A stretch of 64,000 bases of DNA, taken from the NCBI RefSeq assembly GCF_902459465.1, contig NC_047067.1, positions 16,554,001-16,618,000 of the forward strand, given 5' to 3'. Below the pieces are notes generated by a model that saw only the letters and a program-made list of their open reading frames with translations, had not been told where the DNA came from and did no database searches. Positions within the stretch are counted from its first letter, which is position 1. Each line of letters begins with the position of its first letter. Made by a program: the position numbers and the translations under genes. Shown piece after piece: positions 63,243-64,000 of the stretch. The stretch comes from Asterias rubens. Its lineage: Eukaryota.

Positions 63243-64000
63243 CCCCCGATTTCACGAAGCTTGCGACAAGTGCAAGTTGCGACCGGTTACACGTCGTAAG
63301 TTGCGATGCGTATGGAATCCATTTCATCAAAGTTACGATGCGTTGGATACGTCGCAAGTTCCTTGACAACGAGGAAGAACACGTCGTAAGTTACGACGAC
63401 CCATAGGGTCGTCGTAAGAATGCTATGTTTCATTTGTTTACATACAAAATGCATGAAAGGACATAACAATTACCACACGTAACTTCCGTGAACCAATCGG
63501 GAAGACACTAGTTTTAGTTTAGTTTAGTTTTATGTGACTTACACTGGCATAAAAATACAGAAATACAAATCGATACGAAAAAAAAAATAAAGAATCGAAT
63601 GCCGCCGCCGCGTGCGCCTTGAATAAAGGCTAGGTAACTTGCAGCACTTAGACAACAAATGGAAACTTACCCTCCCCCCCCAAAAAAAAAGGGACGGGTA
63701 AAAGAAAAGAAAACAAACACGCACAACAAACGAACACACACAAACTAAAACAACTAAACAAATAAATAATTATAAACCAAAAAAAACAAAAGAAAATTTC
63801 TATTAAACACTAGTCCGAAACGGTTGAGTGTCTGCCATCTTGAATGAACTATAATACACGACTGTTTCATGACCAAGTTGTACACAACATAAAACAGCCG
63901 CAGAACTTTAGCAGTTCATCCTCGTCCAAAGGGTAGTTTTTATTAAGAGGGAAAATGGTTTGAGTTGCGACTCGTCGCGCTTACGACGTGTTTGGTGAAA
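63243..64000. mobile_element. Left part of a probable PIF/Harbinger-like MITE running off the window
   Basis: CTG|CCCCCGATTTCACGAAGC resembles the other Harbinger-like TIRs; interrupts a repeat whose other copy continues differently at 62230. Confidence 0.5.

Overview
AT-rich eukaryotic (animal, probably marine invertebrate or echinoderm-like; inference) genomic DNA. The window lies inside a host gene for NSF (vesicle-fusing AAA+ ATPase) on the + strand. Six exons of the D1/D2 region are recognisable (11695-11851, 32562-32695, 34361-34427, 43721-43800, 47374-47508, 49325-49386); their phases splice in frame. I could not find the upstream or final exons in the window. The introns are packed with mobile DNA, often nested: two decayed DIRS1-type tyrosine-recombinase retrotransposons with ITR/ICR ends plus an orphan DIRS left end; two related intron-containing hAT-like transposons that both made 6-bp target duplications; RTE, L2/CR1 and Rex1/Babar LINE relics; a Gypsy fragment; two families of Helentron-like non-autonomous elements (HINEs), each present twice; MITEs of several kinds; SINE pieces; and minisatellites. 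The most unusual observations are a 5S rRNA-derived, Pol III-promoter-bearing module fixed inside one HINE family, the 6-bp-TSD hAT family, and a transposase exon that is phase-compatible with the NSF intron it sits in. No CRISPR array or prokaryotic system is supported. There is an assembly gap at 29932-30132. All family assignments come from motif recognition by eye, not database searches.
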